Source of the DNA: Alphaproteobacteria bacterium | GTDB lineage: Bacteria > Pseudomonadota > Alphaproteobacteria > SMXQ01 | Reading direction: 5' to 3' | NCBI GenBank assembly: GCA_029863585.1 | Contig: JAOTVC010000001.1 | Span: forward strand, 2,704-66,703 | DNA length: 64,000 bases | Shown here: piece after piece, positions 46,929 through 56,626 of the stretch | How positions within the stretch are numbered: position 1 is the first letter of the stretch | How the letters are laid out: each line of letters opens with the position of its first letter | The notes under the pieces: model-generated | The model's database searches: none | What the model saw: the letters and a program-made list of their open reading frames with translations, nothing else | What the model was told of the DNA's origin: nothing | Program-made: the position numbers and the translations under genes

Positions 46929-47647
46929 AGGCGGCGCATCTCAAGGCGCTGCTGGAAGCCCGCGCGGGCAAGCGCGAATGCGCCTTCCTGACGGACCTCG
47001 ACAGCGGCGAAGAGGCGATCATCGCCAATGGCCGGACCGAGGGCGAGCTTGAGATCGACGATGCCCTGATGAGCCAGGTCGACGCGGCTTTCTCCAAGAG
47101 GGAGAGCCGGCTGGTCGAGGATGCCAACCGGCGGGTGTTCATCCAGGTGCTGGTGCCGCGCCTGCGTCTCGCCATCATCGGCGCCGGCCATATTTCCCAA
47201 TACCTGACCACCATCGCCGGCGCCGCCGGGTTCGATTGCACCGTCATCGACCCGCGCACGCTCTATGCCAGCCCGGAACGCTTCCCCGGCGCCACCATCA
47301 GCCACGACTGGCCGGACGAGGCGCTCGACGCGCTCGGCCTCGACAGCGGCTGCGCGGTGGTGGCGCTGAGCCACGATCCCAAGCTGGACGAGCCCGCCCT
47401 GGGCGCGGCGGTTCGGTCCGACGCCTTCTATATCGGGGCGCTGGGCTCGCGCAAGACCACGGCTCAGAGGCGCGAGCGCATGAAGGCAGAGGGCTTCACC
47501 GATGCCGAGCTCGACCGCATCCATGGGCCCGTGGGTCTCGATATCGGCGCGCTGTCGCCGGCCGAGATCGCGGTCTCCATCGTCGCCGAGATGATCGACG
47601 TGTTGCGCCCCGAAAAGAAGGGGTATGGCCGCGCCCGGGTCGCCTGA
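46925..47647 (+). CDS. XdhC family maturation factor, Rossmann-domain protein
   Basis: ATGA overlap with the previous gene. Carries LAIIGAGHISQYL, HDPKLDEPAL and YIGALGSRKT. Confidence 0.8.
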   Translation: MKAAHLKALLEARAGKRECAFLTDLDSGEEAIIANGRTEGELEIDDALMSQVDAAFSKRESRLVEDANRRVFIQVLVPRLRLAIIGAGHISQYLTTIAGAAGFDCTVIDPRTLYASPERFPGATISHDWPDEALDALGLDSGCAVVALSHDPKLDEPALGAAVRSDAFYIGALGSRKTTAQRRERMKAEGFTDAELDRIHGPVGLDIGALSPAEIAVSIVAEMIDVLRPEKKGYGRARVA

Positions 47648-48254
47648 GCCGCGCCCGGCGCCGCGCATCGCGGCCGTGGTGCTGGCCGCCGGCCGCAGCA
47701 CGCGGGCCGGGGACATCAACAAGCTCACCGCTCTGATCGACGGCGTTCCCATGGTCGCCCGCGTCCTCGCGCGCATTCGGGCATCACAGGCCGATCCCGT
47801 CATCGTCGTCACCGGCCACGAGGCCGCGCGCGTGCGCGCGGCGCTTTCCGAAACCGACGTGACCTTCGCCCACAACCCGGATTACGCCCAGGGCATGGCG
47901 ACCTCCATCGCCGCCGGCATCGAAGCGTTGCCCGGCGGCCTCGACGGCGCGCTGATCTGCCTCGGCGACATGCCGGGGATCGAGGCGGCGGAGATCGACC
48001 GGTTAATCGGGGCGTTCGACCCAATGGGCGGGGCCGCCATCTGCATCCCCGTGGCTGACGGCCGCCGGGGCAACCCGGTGCTGTTCGCGGCCCGCTTCTT
48101 CGATGAATTGAAGGCGCTTGCGGGCGATAGCGGCGCCAAATCGGTGATCGCCGCCCATGGCGACGCGGTGGCGGAGGTGGCCATGGCCGGCAGCGGCACC
48201 TTGATCGATCTCGACACCCAAGAGGCCATCGCCGGATACGGGCGATCGGAATGA
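47625..48254 (+). CDS. MobA-like nucleotidyltransferase (molybdenum cofactor cytidylyltransferase MocA-like)
   Basis: IAAVVLAAGRSTRAG..NKL glycine-rich loop and LGDMPGI. Downstream of xdhC. Confidence 0.8.
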   Translation: MAAPGSPEPRPAPRIAAVVLAAGRSTRAGDINKLTALIDGVPMVARVLARIRASQADPVIVVTGHEAARVRAALSETDVTFAHNPDYAQGMATSIAAGIEALPGGLDGALICLGDMPGIEAAEIDRLIGAFDPMGGAAICIPVADGRRGNPVLFAARFFDELKALAGDSGAKSVIAAHGDAVAEVAMAGSGTLIDLDTQEAIAGYGRSE

Positions 48255-48523
48255 TCCCGAGGTTGTGAACACCTCGACCTTGACTTCGCCTCGGGCGGAG
48301 CGGAGAATTTCCAACTGCCGTGTCAGGACAACAAAAACAAGATTTCGCGGGGCGGCCCCAACAGGGGCTTGGGCGGCAGCTACATCACGCGTTCTTTATT
48401 TTTCGTGTCTTCAATCGACCGCTTCCTCTCTAGGGGCGGTTATCGGATCCGGTGCGGGGGCGCCGGCGGCATGATGGTCGCCATAGCTTGCCGCGGGCCC
48501 ACGGACGAACAGGGAGGTGCCAG

Positions 48524-49000
48524 ATGGCGAAATCTCAGAGAATGAGACTCAATGTAAACGGCGGTCACCACGTCATCACGGTGGACCCGGATATGCCGCT
48601 CCTGTATGCGCTCAGGAACGACATCGGTTTGAACAATCCCCATTTCGGTTGCGGCCTGGCCCAGTGCGGAGCCTGCACCGTGCATGTCAACGGTAAGGCG
48701 ACGCGCTCCTGCGTGACGCCGGTGGGCTCGGTCAAGGGCAAGAAGATCGTCACCCTGACCGGCCTGGGCACGCCCGAAAAGCCCCATCCCGTGCAGAAGG
48801 CCTTCGTCGATGAGCAGGTGCCCCAGTGCGGTTACTGCGTCAACGGCTGGATCATGACGGCGGCGGAAATGCTCAACAAGAACCCCAAGGTCAACGATCA
48901 ACAGATCCGCGAGGGGCTCAGCGGGTTGAAGTGCCGCTGCGGCACCCATCTTGCCATTCACCGGGCGGTCAAGCGTGCCGCCAAGGCCATGGCGTCCTAA
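48524..49000 (+). CDS. [2Fe-2S]-binding small subunit of second Mo hydroxylase
   Basis: 158 aa from ATG 48524 (MAKSQRMRLNVNG). Carries GCGLAQCGACTV and QCGYCVNG...LKCRCGTH. Confidence 0.9.
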   Translation: MAKSQRMRLNVNGGHHVITVDPDMPLLYALRNDIGLNNPHFGCGLAQCGACTVHVNGKATRSCVTPVGSVKGKKIVTLTGLGTPEKPHPVQKAFVDEQVPQCGYCVNGWIMTAAEMLNKNPKVNDQQIREGLSGLKCRCGTHLAIHRAVKRAAKAMAS

Positions 49001-49014
49001 GGGAGGGCAGGAAC

Positions 49015-51312
49015 ATGACAAAGATGAAATCGCCACAGGATTTCGCATTCTCTCGCCGCGACATGATGAGGGGCGCGGGCGCCCTGGTGGTCACCGCCGC
49101 GGGTGCCGGCGTCGGCGGCAGGAAGGCCAAGGCCGCGCTCGGTTCCAAGGTCAAGCCGGCGCTGCATCCGACCGAGCTCGACAGCTTCATCCATGTCGGC
49201 GCCGACGGCCGGGTGACGGCGTTCTTCGGCAAGATGGACATGGGCCAGGGCGTCGATGTCGCGATCAGCCAGATCGTCGCCGATGAACTCGATGTCGCCT
49301 ATGAGAAGGTGACGACGCTGCTGTCGGACACCGGCACCAGCGTGAACCAGGGCGGGGCGTCGGGCTCTTTCGCCATCAAGCTGGGCGGGGTCACCATGCG
49401 CCACGTCGCCGCCGAGGCACGCCGGCTCCTGGTCGAGGAAGCCGCCAGGCGCTTGGGCGTCAAGCCGATGGCGCTCCGGGTCGATGACGGCGTGGTCAGC
49501 GTCAAGGGCAGTCCGCGCAAGAAGATCGCCTACGCGGAGATCCTTCAGGGCCAGTATTTCAACCACAAGCTCAAGTGGAACAAGAAGCTCGGCAACCGGC
49601 TGTTCTCTTCCGGCGCGGCCAAGCCCAAGAGCTATAAGGAGTACAAGGTCGTCGGCAAGCCTTTCCCGAGGGTGGACGTGGCCGGCAAGGTTTACGGCAC
49701 CACCGACTTCGTGACCGACATCAAGGTGCCGGGCATGGTCCACGGCCGGGTCATCCATCCGGAGAAGGCGGGGGCCAAGGTCAAGAGCGTCGATGCGTCC
49801 TCGATCAAGCACATCAAGGGCGCCCAGGTGGTCCACATGAAGGACTTCCTTGCCGTGGTCGCGAATACCGAATGGGACGTGGTGCAGGCGGCCCGGGACC
49901 TCAAGGTCACCTGGACCGACAGCCCCAAGCCGTTCTCCAAGCAGCAAGACCTGTACACCCACATCCGCAAGGCGCCGGTCGTCAAGAAGAAGATCGACAC
50001 CAACGAGGGCGATGTGGACGGGGCGTTCAAGAACGCCGCCAAGGTGATCGAGGCGGAATTCGAATTCCCCTTCCAGTCCCATGCCTCCATGGGGCCGGCC
50101 TGCGCCGTGGTCGATACCACGTCCAACCCGGTGATGCTGTGGACCGGATCCCAGAAGGCCCATTACACGGCCGAAGGCGTGGAGCGCATCCTCAAGCTCA
50201 AGCCGGGCAGCGTGCGCGGTGTCTGGGTCCCGGGTCCGGGGTCCTACGGCCGCAACGATGCCGGCGATGCCGCCATGCAGGCGGCGGTGCTGTCCAAGGC
50301 GGTGGGAAAGCCGGTCCGGGTTCAGGGCATGCGCCATGAAGGCACGGCCTGGGATCCCAAGAACCCGGCCTCGGTACATCGCTGCCGCGCGGCGTTGGAC
50401 GCCATGGGCAATGTCTTGGCCTATGAGTTCATGTCCAAGGCGTTCGACCGCCAGGACGTGCGGTCCAACGAATCCAAGCCCGCCGACAACCTGGCGGGCC
50501 AGGCCTTGGGCGTGAAGCTCAAGCCCAGGACCTTCTTCCGCTCGCCGGAGGACATCTACACCATGCCCGCGAGGCGGCTCGGGTGGGAGGTGATCCCGCC
50601 GTTCCTGGATCGCTATTCGCCGCTGCGGACGTCGCATCTGCGCGATCCCATCGGGCCGCAGATCCACTTTGCTTCGGACCAGTTCCACGACATGCTGGCC
50701 GAGGAAGCGGGTCTGGATCCGGTGGATTACCGCCTCAAGTACCTCAAGTCCAAGCGCGACCGCGACCTGGTCGAAGCCGCGGCCAAGCAGGCGGGTTGGC
50801 AGAAGCGCGTCGGGCCCAACAAGGGCCAGAGCGGCGACATCGTCCGCGGCCGAGGCATCGGTTATGCCTTCCGCAGCGGCTGCCGCGTCGCCGTGGTCGC
50901 CGATATCGAAGTCAACAAGAAGACCGGCAAGGTCTGGGGCAAGAAGTTCACGGTCGCCCACGATTGCGGCCTGATCATCAACCCCGACGGCCTGACCCGG
51001 ACGATCCACGGCAATATCGGCATGGCGCTGAGCCGGATCCTTTACGAAGAAGTGAACTTCGATGAGGAATCGGTCACCAGCGTCGATTGGGTCAGCTATC
51101 CCATCGTCGAAAGCCCCGATGCGCCGGAATCCATCGACGTGGTCCTGATTAACAAGCCGGACCAGCCGGCCCAGGGCGCGGGCGAAGGCTCCACCCGGCC
51201 GGTGTCCGGCGCGGTCGCCAATGCGTTCTATGACGCCACCGGCGTGCGCATGATGCAGGCTCCGCTGTCCCCGGAAAAGGTCAAGGCGGCCCTTGCCAAG
51301 GCCAAAGCCTAA
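49015..51312 (+). CDS. molybdopterin-dependent hydroxylase large subunit with Tat signal (IorB / membrane-associated aldehyde dehydrogenase type)
   Basis: 765 aa from ATG 49015. FSRRDMMRGAGALVVTAAGAGV is a twin-arginine leader. Also carries KMDMGQGVDVAISQIVADEL and a C-terminal GAGEGSTRPVSGAVANAF. Confidence 0.85.
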   Translation: MTKMKSPQDFAFSRRDMMRGAGALVVTAAGAGVGGRKAKAALGSKVKPALHPTELDSFIHVGADGRVTAFFGKMDMGQGVDVAISQIVADELDVAYEKVTTLLSDTGTSVNQGGASGSFAIKLGGVTMRHVAAEARRLLVEEAARRLGVKPMALRVDDGVVSVKGSPRKKIAYAEILQGQYFNHKLKWNKKLGNRLFSSGAAKPKSYKEYKVVGKPFPRVDVAGKVYGTTDFVTDIKVPGMVHGRVIHPEKAGAKVKSVDASSIKHIKGAQVVHMKDFLAVVANTEWDVVQAARDLKVTWTDSPKPFSKQQDLYTHIRKAPVVKKKIDTNEGDVDGAFKNAAKVIEAEFEFPFQSHASMGPACAVVDTTSNPVMLWTGSQKAHYTAEGVERILKLKPGSVRGVWVPGPGSYGRNDAGDAAMQAAVLSKAVGKPVRVQGMRHEGTAWDPKNPASVHRCRAALDAMGNVLAYEFMSKAFDRQDVRSNESKPADNLAGQALGVKLKPRTFFRSPEDIYTMPARRLGWEVIPPFLDRYSPLRTSHLRDPIGPQIHFASDQFHDMLAEEAGLDPVDYRLKYLKSKRDRDLVEAAAKQAGWQKRVGPNKGQSGDIVRGRGIGYAFRSGCRVAVVADIEVNKKTGKVWGKKFTVAHDCGLIINPDGLTRTIHGNIGMALSRILYEEVNFDEESVTSVDWVSYPIVESPDAPESIDVVLINKPDQPAQGAGEGSTRPVSGAVANAFYDATGVRMMQAPLSPEKVKAALAKAKA

Positions 51313-51340
51313 ACCTGAAGCCGACAAACTCACCGATCCG

Positions 51341-51368
51341 CGGCGGGCCTTCGGGCCCGCCGTTTTTT
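51341..51368 (+). terminator. Rho-independent terminator after the Mo hydroxylase operon
   Basis: CGGCGGGCC-TTCG-GGCCCGCCG (9-bp stem) followed by TTTTTT, 29 nt after the stop. Confidence 0.8.
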
Positions 51369-51446
51369 CTTGCGCTTCGCCCTGTTGCGCCGGCGCCGCC
51401 GCCGCCGTAGCTTGGGCCCCCTATTAACCTGAGCCGGAGCCGGTTC

Positions 51447-52265
51447 ATGCCGAGCGCGCTGATCCGCGGCGCCGATTGCGTCTATGAGGTCACGGGGACG
51501 GGCCCGCCCCTGATCCTGATCCATTCCATCGGCCTGTCGACGCGCCAGGGCTGGCGCGCCCAGGTGCCGGTGCTGGCCCGGACGCACCGGGTGGTGACCT
51601 ACGACATCCGGGGATTGGGCGAATCGGCCGCGGGGGCGGAACGTTTAGGCGTCGCGACCTTCGCCGCCGACCTCGCCGGACTGATGGATCATTTGAGCCT
51701 TCCGCGCGCGGCGTTGATGGGCGTGTCGCTCGGCGGTTTCATCGCCCAGGCCTTCGCCATCGCCAATCCCGACCGCGTCTCCGCCCTGGTGCTGGTGTCG
51801 ACCGCCTGCCGGATCGCCGCCGGCAATAGCGGGGCCAGGGCCCAGCGCAACGCGCGCATCCGGGCCGAGGGCATGGGCGTTGCCGCGGGGCCGCAGCTCG
51901 AAAGCCATTTCTCGGGCGCCTTCCGCACCGCCCATCCCGAAATCATGGACTGGTACCGCGGGCATTACTGCGCCAACGATCCGGCGCATTACACCGCGAT
52001 CATGGAAGATCTCGGGACTTTCGATTGCTGCGACCGATTGGGCGCGATCCGCTGTCCCACCCTGGTGGTGGCGGGCGCGGCGGATGCCGGCGCGGTGGCG
52101 GGACGCGTGCCGCTGGAAAGCGCCAAGGCGCTGTGCGCACGGATTCCCGGCGCACGGCTTGAAATCATTGAAGACGCCCATCACTATCCCCAGATTGAGC
52201 AGGCGGAAGCCTTCAACCGCGCGGTGGCCGCATTCCTCCACCGGCCGGCGGGAGAGGGCGCATAG
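51447..52265 (+). CDS. alpha/beta-fold hydrolase (3-oxoadipate enol-lactonase-like)
   Basis: 272-aa ORF with [10 protein letters not shown], nucleophile elbow GVSLGG and a C-terminal [14 protein letters not shown]. Confidence 0.8.
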   Translation: MPSALIRGADCVYEVTGTGPPLILIHSIGLSTRQGWRAQVPVLARTHRVVTYDIRGLGESAAGAERLGVATFAADLAGLMDHLSLPRAALMGVSLGGFIAQAFAIANPDRVSALVLVSTACRIAAGNSGARAQRNARIRAEGMGVAAGPQLESHFSGAFRTAHPEIMDWYRGHYCANDPAHYTAIMEDLGTFDCCDRLGAIRCPTLVVAGAADAGAVAGRVPLESAKALCARIPGARLEIIEDAHHYPQIEQAEAFNRAVAAFLHRPAGEGA

Positions 52266-52281
52266 GGAAGGACCGGACCAC

Positions 52282-52695
52282 ATGGTGGAGAAGATCACCA
52301 AGACCGATGCCGAATGGCGGGCCCAGCTGAGCGACGAGGAATATGAGGTGACGCGCCGCAAGGGTACCGAGCGCGCCTTCACCGGCCGCTATCACGATTG
52401 CCACGATTCCGGCACCTATATGTGCGTCTGTTGCGGCGCGCCGCTGTTCTCGTCCGACGACAAGTTCGATTCCGGCACCGGTTGGCCCAGCTTCACCCAG
52501 CCGGTGGATCAGGACGCGCTGGCGGCGGAGGACGACAGCTCCTTCTTCATGCGCCGTACGGAGGTGCTGTGCGCGAAGTGTGACGCCCATCTCGGCCACG
52601 TCTTCCCCGATGGGCCCAAACCGACCGGCCTGCGCTACTGCATCAATTCGGCCTCGCTCAAGATGAAAAAAGACGCAGGCGGCGGCGACGGCTAG
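52282..52695 (+). CDS. msrB: peptide-methionine (R)-S-oxide reductase
   Basis: 137 aa from ATG 52282. Carries [24 protein letters not shown] and [26 protein letters not shown]. Confidence 0.92.
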   Translation: MVEKITKTDAEWRAQLSDEEYEVTRRKGTERAFTGRYHDCHDSGTYMCVCCGAPLFSSDDKFDSGTGWPSFTQPVDQDALAAEDDSSFFMRRTEVLCAKCDAHLGHVFPDGPKPTGLRYCINSASLKMKKDAGGGDG

Positions 52696-52952
52696 GCCGC
52701 GCCATCCTCGTCCCCGTCGGGATCGAGCAGCTTGTGCAGATGCACGATGAAGTAGCGCATCCGGGCGTCGTCCTGGGATTTGAAGGCAGCCCCCTGCCAG
52801 GCCTTGTGGGCGCTTTCGTAGTCGGGATAGATGCCGACGATGTCGAGCGCGCTTAGGTCTTCGAACCGCACGCCGCGCGTGGATTCGAGCCTGCCGCCGA
52901 ACACCAGGTGGAGAAGCTGCTGATCGGCAGCGGCTTCGGTTTCGCCGTTCAT
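52692..52952 (-). CDS. DUF4170-family small protein
   Basis: Start set at ATG 52952 (MNGETEAA). [12 protein letters not shown]...[17 protein letters not shown]...[14 protein letters not shown] matches my recollection of DUF4170. Confidence 0.65.
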   Translation of the reverse strand: MNGETEAAADQQLLHLVFGGRLESTRGVRFEDLSALDIVGIYPDYESAHKAWQGAAFKSQDDARMRYFIVHLHKLLDPDGDEDGAA

Positions 52953-53049
52953 CGCCGTTCTCCTTTGGTCCTTGCCAGGAGAATCCCAACCCCAATGCGG
53001 CCTCAAGACTAGCGAACCGTCGCCTCACCGTGCAACCGCGAGGCGGCTC

Positions 53050-53475
53050 TCACGCCTCGGCGGTCAGTCCCGCCGCCTCGATGCCGGCGATGGCGCAGGC
53101 CTCGTCCTGTTCCGAGGTCGCCCCGGTGGCGCCCACGGCGCCGGCGATGGCGCCGTCGGCATTGCGCACCAGCACGCCGCCCTGGACCGGGAAATAGTGA
53201 TCGGTCACCGCTTGCAGGGATTGCACCAGCACCGGATTGCGTTGCGCCTGTTCGGCCAGGCGCCGGCCGCCCGCGCCCCGGGCCGCCACCGCCCAGGCCT
53301 TGCCGTGGGCGATGTCGAAGCGGATGAACGGCGCCCCGTCTTCGCGCAGGAATCCCGCGACATGGCCGCCCGCGTCCAGCACGCAGACCGCCATGGGGCC
53401 GATCCCCAGCTCCTTGGCCTTGGCCAGCGCGCCGTCGAGGATCGCGCGCACTTCCTCAAGCGTAATCGGGGCCAT
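53050..53475 (-). CDS. GlcG/HbpS-like (DUF336) protein
   Basis: 141-aa ORF with AVCVLDAGGHVAGFLREDGA, GKAWAVAA and GGVLVRN.DGAIAGAVGATGATSEQDEACA. Confidence 0.8.
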   Translation of the reverse strand: MAPITLEEVRAILDGALAKAKELGIGPMAVCVLDAGGHVAGFLREDGAPFIRFDIAHGKAWAVAARGAGGRRLAEQAQRNPVLVQSLQAVTDHYFPVQGGVLVRNADGAIAGAVGATGATSEQDEACAIAGIEAAGLTAEA

Positions 53476-53622
53476 GATGTGTCCTCCCTTGGCGTGGTTC
53501 CCCTCGTCGCCCTTCCCTGGGGCTCCCGCCTTATATCATGGTCAGATGGGTGGTTGTGCTCGGCCGCGATCTGGGCAATTCTCGGGCAAAGCGAATGACA
53601 AGCGAAATCGGGGAGGACGCCC

Positions 53623-54360
53623 ATGAACTGGGGCCAGATTCACGGCCACCGCGCGCGTATCGGCTACACCGTCGCCGCCGTCACCACAGAGGTCTATCCC
53701 ATCGACTGGTACCGCATCGTGCCCGATGGGGTGTCGCTGATGATGATCACCCTGCCGTTGGGCGACCGTTCCGAGAAAGACGTCGAGAAATGCTACGCCA
53801 TTTCCATCGAGGCGGCCCACACCATGGCCCGGGCCGGCGCCGACCTGGTGCTGCTGGGCGGCCTGCCGATCAACATTTCCAAGGGCGACGACACCGTGGA
53901 AGGGCTGATGGCCAAGCTGGAAAGCGAGATCGGTGTCAAGATGTCGTGCTCGGCCCTGGCCCAGGTGCGCGCCTTTGCGGCGCTGGGATCGAAGAAGGTG
54001 GCGGTGGTCCATCCTTTCCTTGCCGATCAAAACCCGCGCCATGAACGCACCATCGCAGATTTCTTCGGGCTCGATCCCGTCGGCGTCCATGCCGGCGGCT
54101 CCAGCCTGGTGGCGCTCGGCACCCTGGCGCCGCAATGCGCGCTGGATTGGGGCCGGGCGGCGATGGCGGCGCATCCGGAGGCCGACACCATCTATTTCGG
54201 CTGTCCGCACTGGACGGTGATCGACGCCATTCAGCCGCTCGAGGACGAATTCGGGGTCAACGTCATGACGTCGCTTCAGGCCATCGCCTGGGACGCCATG
54301 CGCCAGACCGGGGTGGAGGATCGCATCGACGGCTTCGGCCGCCTGTTGAAGGAATTCTAG
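53623..54360 (+). CDS. Asp/Glu-racemase-superfamily protein, AMDase/maleate isomerase-like, array copy 1 (C-terminal Cys retained)
   Basis: 245-aa ORF with RBS GGGGAGGA. Motifs: RARIGYTVAA, GADLVLLGGLPINISKG, IYFGCPHW, FGVNVMTSLQAIAW and GFGRLLKEF. Confidence 0.75.
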   Translation: MNWGQIHGHRARIGYTVAAVTTEVYPIDWYRIVPDGVSLMMITLPLGDRSEKDVEKCYAISIEAAHTMARAGADLVLLGGLPINISKGDDTVEGLMAKLESEIGVKMSCSALAQVRAFAALGSKKVAVVHPFLADQNPRHERTIADFFGLDPVGVHAGGSSLVALGTLAPQCALDWGRAAMAAHPEADTIYFGCPHWTVIDAIQPLEDEFGVNVMTSLQAIAWDAMRQTGVEDRIDGFGRLLKEF

Positions 54361-54406
54361 GGCCGGGGCGCCAAGAGAGCCGGGGCCCCAGGAAAGGAAG
54401 AGGAAC

Positions 54407-55132
54407 ATGTACGGATACCGAGCGCGGATCGGCTACTGCTCGCCCCCGGTGGTGACGGAAGTCTTCGTCTATGAATTCTACAAGATGGCGCCGCCCGGGG
54501 TGACGCTGTTGCTGACGACGCTGGAGGTCGGCCTCGAATACACCCAGCAGGCCTTCGACGGCAGCCATGACCGCTCGCTGGAAGCCGCCAAGTACATGGC
54601 CGGCGCCGGGGCCGACGTGGTGGTGCTGGGGGGCAACCCGGTCAACCAGTCCCGCGGCATCGAGAACCTGCCCGGCATCTGCGAGGATCTTTCGGCGGAG
54701 ATCGGCACCAAGGTGGTGGCCTCGACCCTGTGCCAGAAGGAGGCGATGGAAAAGCTCGGCGTCAAGAAGGTGGCAAGCGCGCATGCCTCGGGCGCCCAGC
54801 ACAACGACCGCCACGCCAAGCAGATGGAGAACATGGGCTTCGAATCGGTCGGCGTCACGTCGCTGGAAGGCCACAAGCTGTTGGCTTACGGCAAGATCCC
54901 GACGGAAGCCGCCTTCGACGTCGCCAAGCAGCTGAAGGACGCGCATCCCGAAGCGGACTGCATCCATCTGGCCTCGGCCCATTGGCCGACGGCGCACGCC
55001 ATCGACCGGATCGAGAACGAGCTTGGCGTCTCGGTCATGAATTCCCAACAGGCCATCGTCTGGAAGGCCTTCCGCACCGCCGGCATCACCGAGCCCATCG
55101 AAGGGTTCGGCCGGCTGTTCCGCGAATTCTGA
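54407..55132 (+). CDS. AMDase/maleate isomerase-like, array copy 2 (Cys in N-terminal loop, Ser at C-terminal site)
   Basis: 241-aa ORF. Motifs: RARIGYCSPP, GADVVVLGGNPVNQSRG, IHLASAHW, LGVSVMNSQQAIVW and GFGRLFREF. Confidence 0.75.
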   Translation: MYGYRARIGYCSPPVVTEVFVYEFYKMAPPGVTLLLTTLEVGLEYTQQAFDGSHDRSLEAAKYMAGAGADVVVLGGNPVNQSRGIENLPGICEDLSAEIGTKVVASTLCQKEAMEKLGVKKVASAHASGAQHNDRHAKQMENMGFESVGVTSLEGHKLLAYGKIPTEAAFDVAKQLKDAHPEADCIHLASAHWPTAHAIDRIENELGVSVMNSQQAIVWKAFRTAGITEPIEGFGRLFREF

Positions 55133-55154
55133 TCGAGGCGAAGGAGAAGAACCC

Positions 55155-55880
55155 ATGCCCATACTTGGACACCGCGCGCGGATCGGCTACTGCTCGCCGC
55201 CCTTCGTCACGGAGACCTTCTGCACCGAGTTCTACATGATGGCGCCCGAGGGCGTGACCCTGATGATCACCACCCTGGAGATCCGCACCCGCACCAAGCA
55301 AGAGGTCGCGGCCAGTCACGAACGCAGCCTTCTCGCCGCCAAATACATGGCCGACGCCGGGGCCGACGTGGTGGTGCTCGGCGGAAACCCCATCAATCAG
55401 AGTTTGGGGATGGAGAATATCGGCTCGGTCACCGACAACCTGGCGAAAGAGATCGGCACCAAGGTCATCAGCTCCACCCAGGCCCAGATCGACGCGTTGA
55501 ATTGTCTCGGCGCGAAAAAGGTCGCCCAGGTGTTTTGTTACGAGGATTCGGAAAAAGAACGCCACGCCAATTCCATGCGCAACATGGGGTTCGAGCCGGG
55601 CGCCATCCGCGCGTGCGGGGCGTCGTTTCAGGACATCGGCGCCGTCGACGGCGAGCTGGCTTTGACCCTATCGCGCGAGGTGATGGAGGAAACCCCGGAC
55701 GCCGACACCATCCACCTGGGCTCCGCCCATTGGGCGACCGCCCATGCGCTGGACCGGATCGAGCGGGAACTCGGCGTCTCCACCATGACCTCGCAACAGG
55801 CGATCTTCTGGAAGGCGCTCCGCACCGCCGGCGTCGACGATAAGATCAAGGGCTTCGGGCGGCTGTTGCGCGAATTCTAG
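55155..55880 (+). CDS. AMDase/maleate isomerase-like, array copy 3
   Basis: 241-aa ORF. Motifs: RARIGYCSPP, GADVVVLGGNPINQSLG, IHLGSAHW, LGVSTMTSQQAIFW and GFGRLLREF. Confidence 0.75.
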   Translation: MPILGHRARIGYCSPPFVTETFCTEFYMMAPEGVTLMITTLEIRTRTKQEVAASHERSLLAAKYMADAGADVVVLGGNPINQSLGMENIGSVTDNLAKEIGTKVISSTQAQIDALNCLGAKKVAQVFCYEDSEKERHANSMRNMGFEPGAIRACGASFQDIGAVDGELALTLSREVMEETPDADTIHLGSAHWATAHALDRIERELGVSTMTSQQAIFWKALRTAGVDDKIKGFGRLLREF

Positions 55881-55906
55881 GGTCCAGGGAGAGGGAGACC
55901 GCCGCC

Positions 55907-56626
55907 ATGTACGGATACCGCGCGCGAATCGGCTATTGCTCGCCGCCTTACGTGACGGAAACCTTCTGCACCGAGTTCTATATGATGGTGCCCAAGGGCG
56001 TGACGCTCCTGATCAAGACGCTGGAGGTCCGCACCCGCGCCAAGGACGAGATCGCGGCATCCCACGTGGCGGCGCTGGAGGCGGCGGACTACATGGCGAA
56101 GTGCGGCGCCGATGTCGTGGTGCTGGGCGGCAACCCGGTCAACCAGTCCCAGGGGGTGGAGAACCTGGCCGATATCTGCGCCGACCTCGCCCGAAAGATC
56201 GGCACCAAGGTCATCACCTCGACCCAGGCCCAGACCGAGGCGCTTCGGGCGCTCGGCGCCAGGCGGGTGGCCCAGGTGCATTGCTACGAGGCGCAAGACA
56301 ACGCGCGCCACGAACAATCGATCCGCAACATGGGGGTCGAGCCCGCGGGTGTCCTCGGCCTCGGCTACACCGATTACCAGGTCGGCCAGATTCCGGGCGA
56401 CGTGGCGCTCGCCGCCTCGCGCCGGGTCAAGGAAGAGAACCCTGAGGCCGATTGCATCCACCTGGCCTCGGCCCATTGGGCCATCGCCCATGCCATCGAC
56501 CGGATCGAGCAGGAGCTGGACGTGTCGGTCATGACCTCCCAGCAGGCGATCGTCTGGAAGGCGCTGCGCACCGCCGGCATCGAGGACAGGATCGACGGCT
56601 TCGGGCGGTTGCTCAGGGAGTTCTGA
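55907..56626 (+). CDS. AMDase/maleate isomerase-like, array copy 4
   Basis: 239-aa ORF. Motifs: RARIGYCSPP, GADVVVLGGNPVNQSQG, IHLASAHW, LDVSVMTSQQAIVW and GFGRLLREF. Confidence 0.75.
   Translation: MYGYRARIGYCSPPYVTETFCTEFYMMVPKGVTLLIKTLEVRTRAKDEIAASHVAALEAADYMAKCGADVVVLGGNPVNQSQGVENLADICADLARKIGTKVITSTQAQTEALRALGARRVAQVHCYEAQDNARHEQSIRNMGVEPAGVLGLGYTDYQVGQIPGDVALAASRRVKEENPEADCIHLASAHWAIAHAIDRIEQELDVSVMTSQQAIVWKALRTAGIEDRIDGFGRLLREF

Noticed and set aside
48255-48523. Molybdenum-cofactor riboswitch upstream of the second Mo hydroxylase operon (CCGAGG...CCTCG...CCTCGGG strings).
   Set aside because: I cannot reproduce the conserved Moco-motif core from memory well enough, and the stems seen are short. 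A covariance-model scan is needed before any call.
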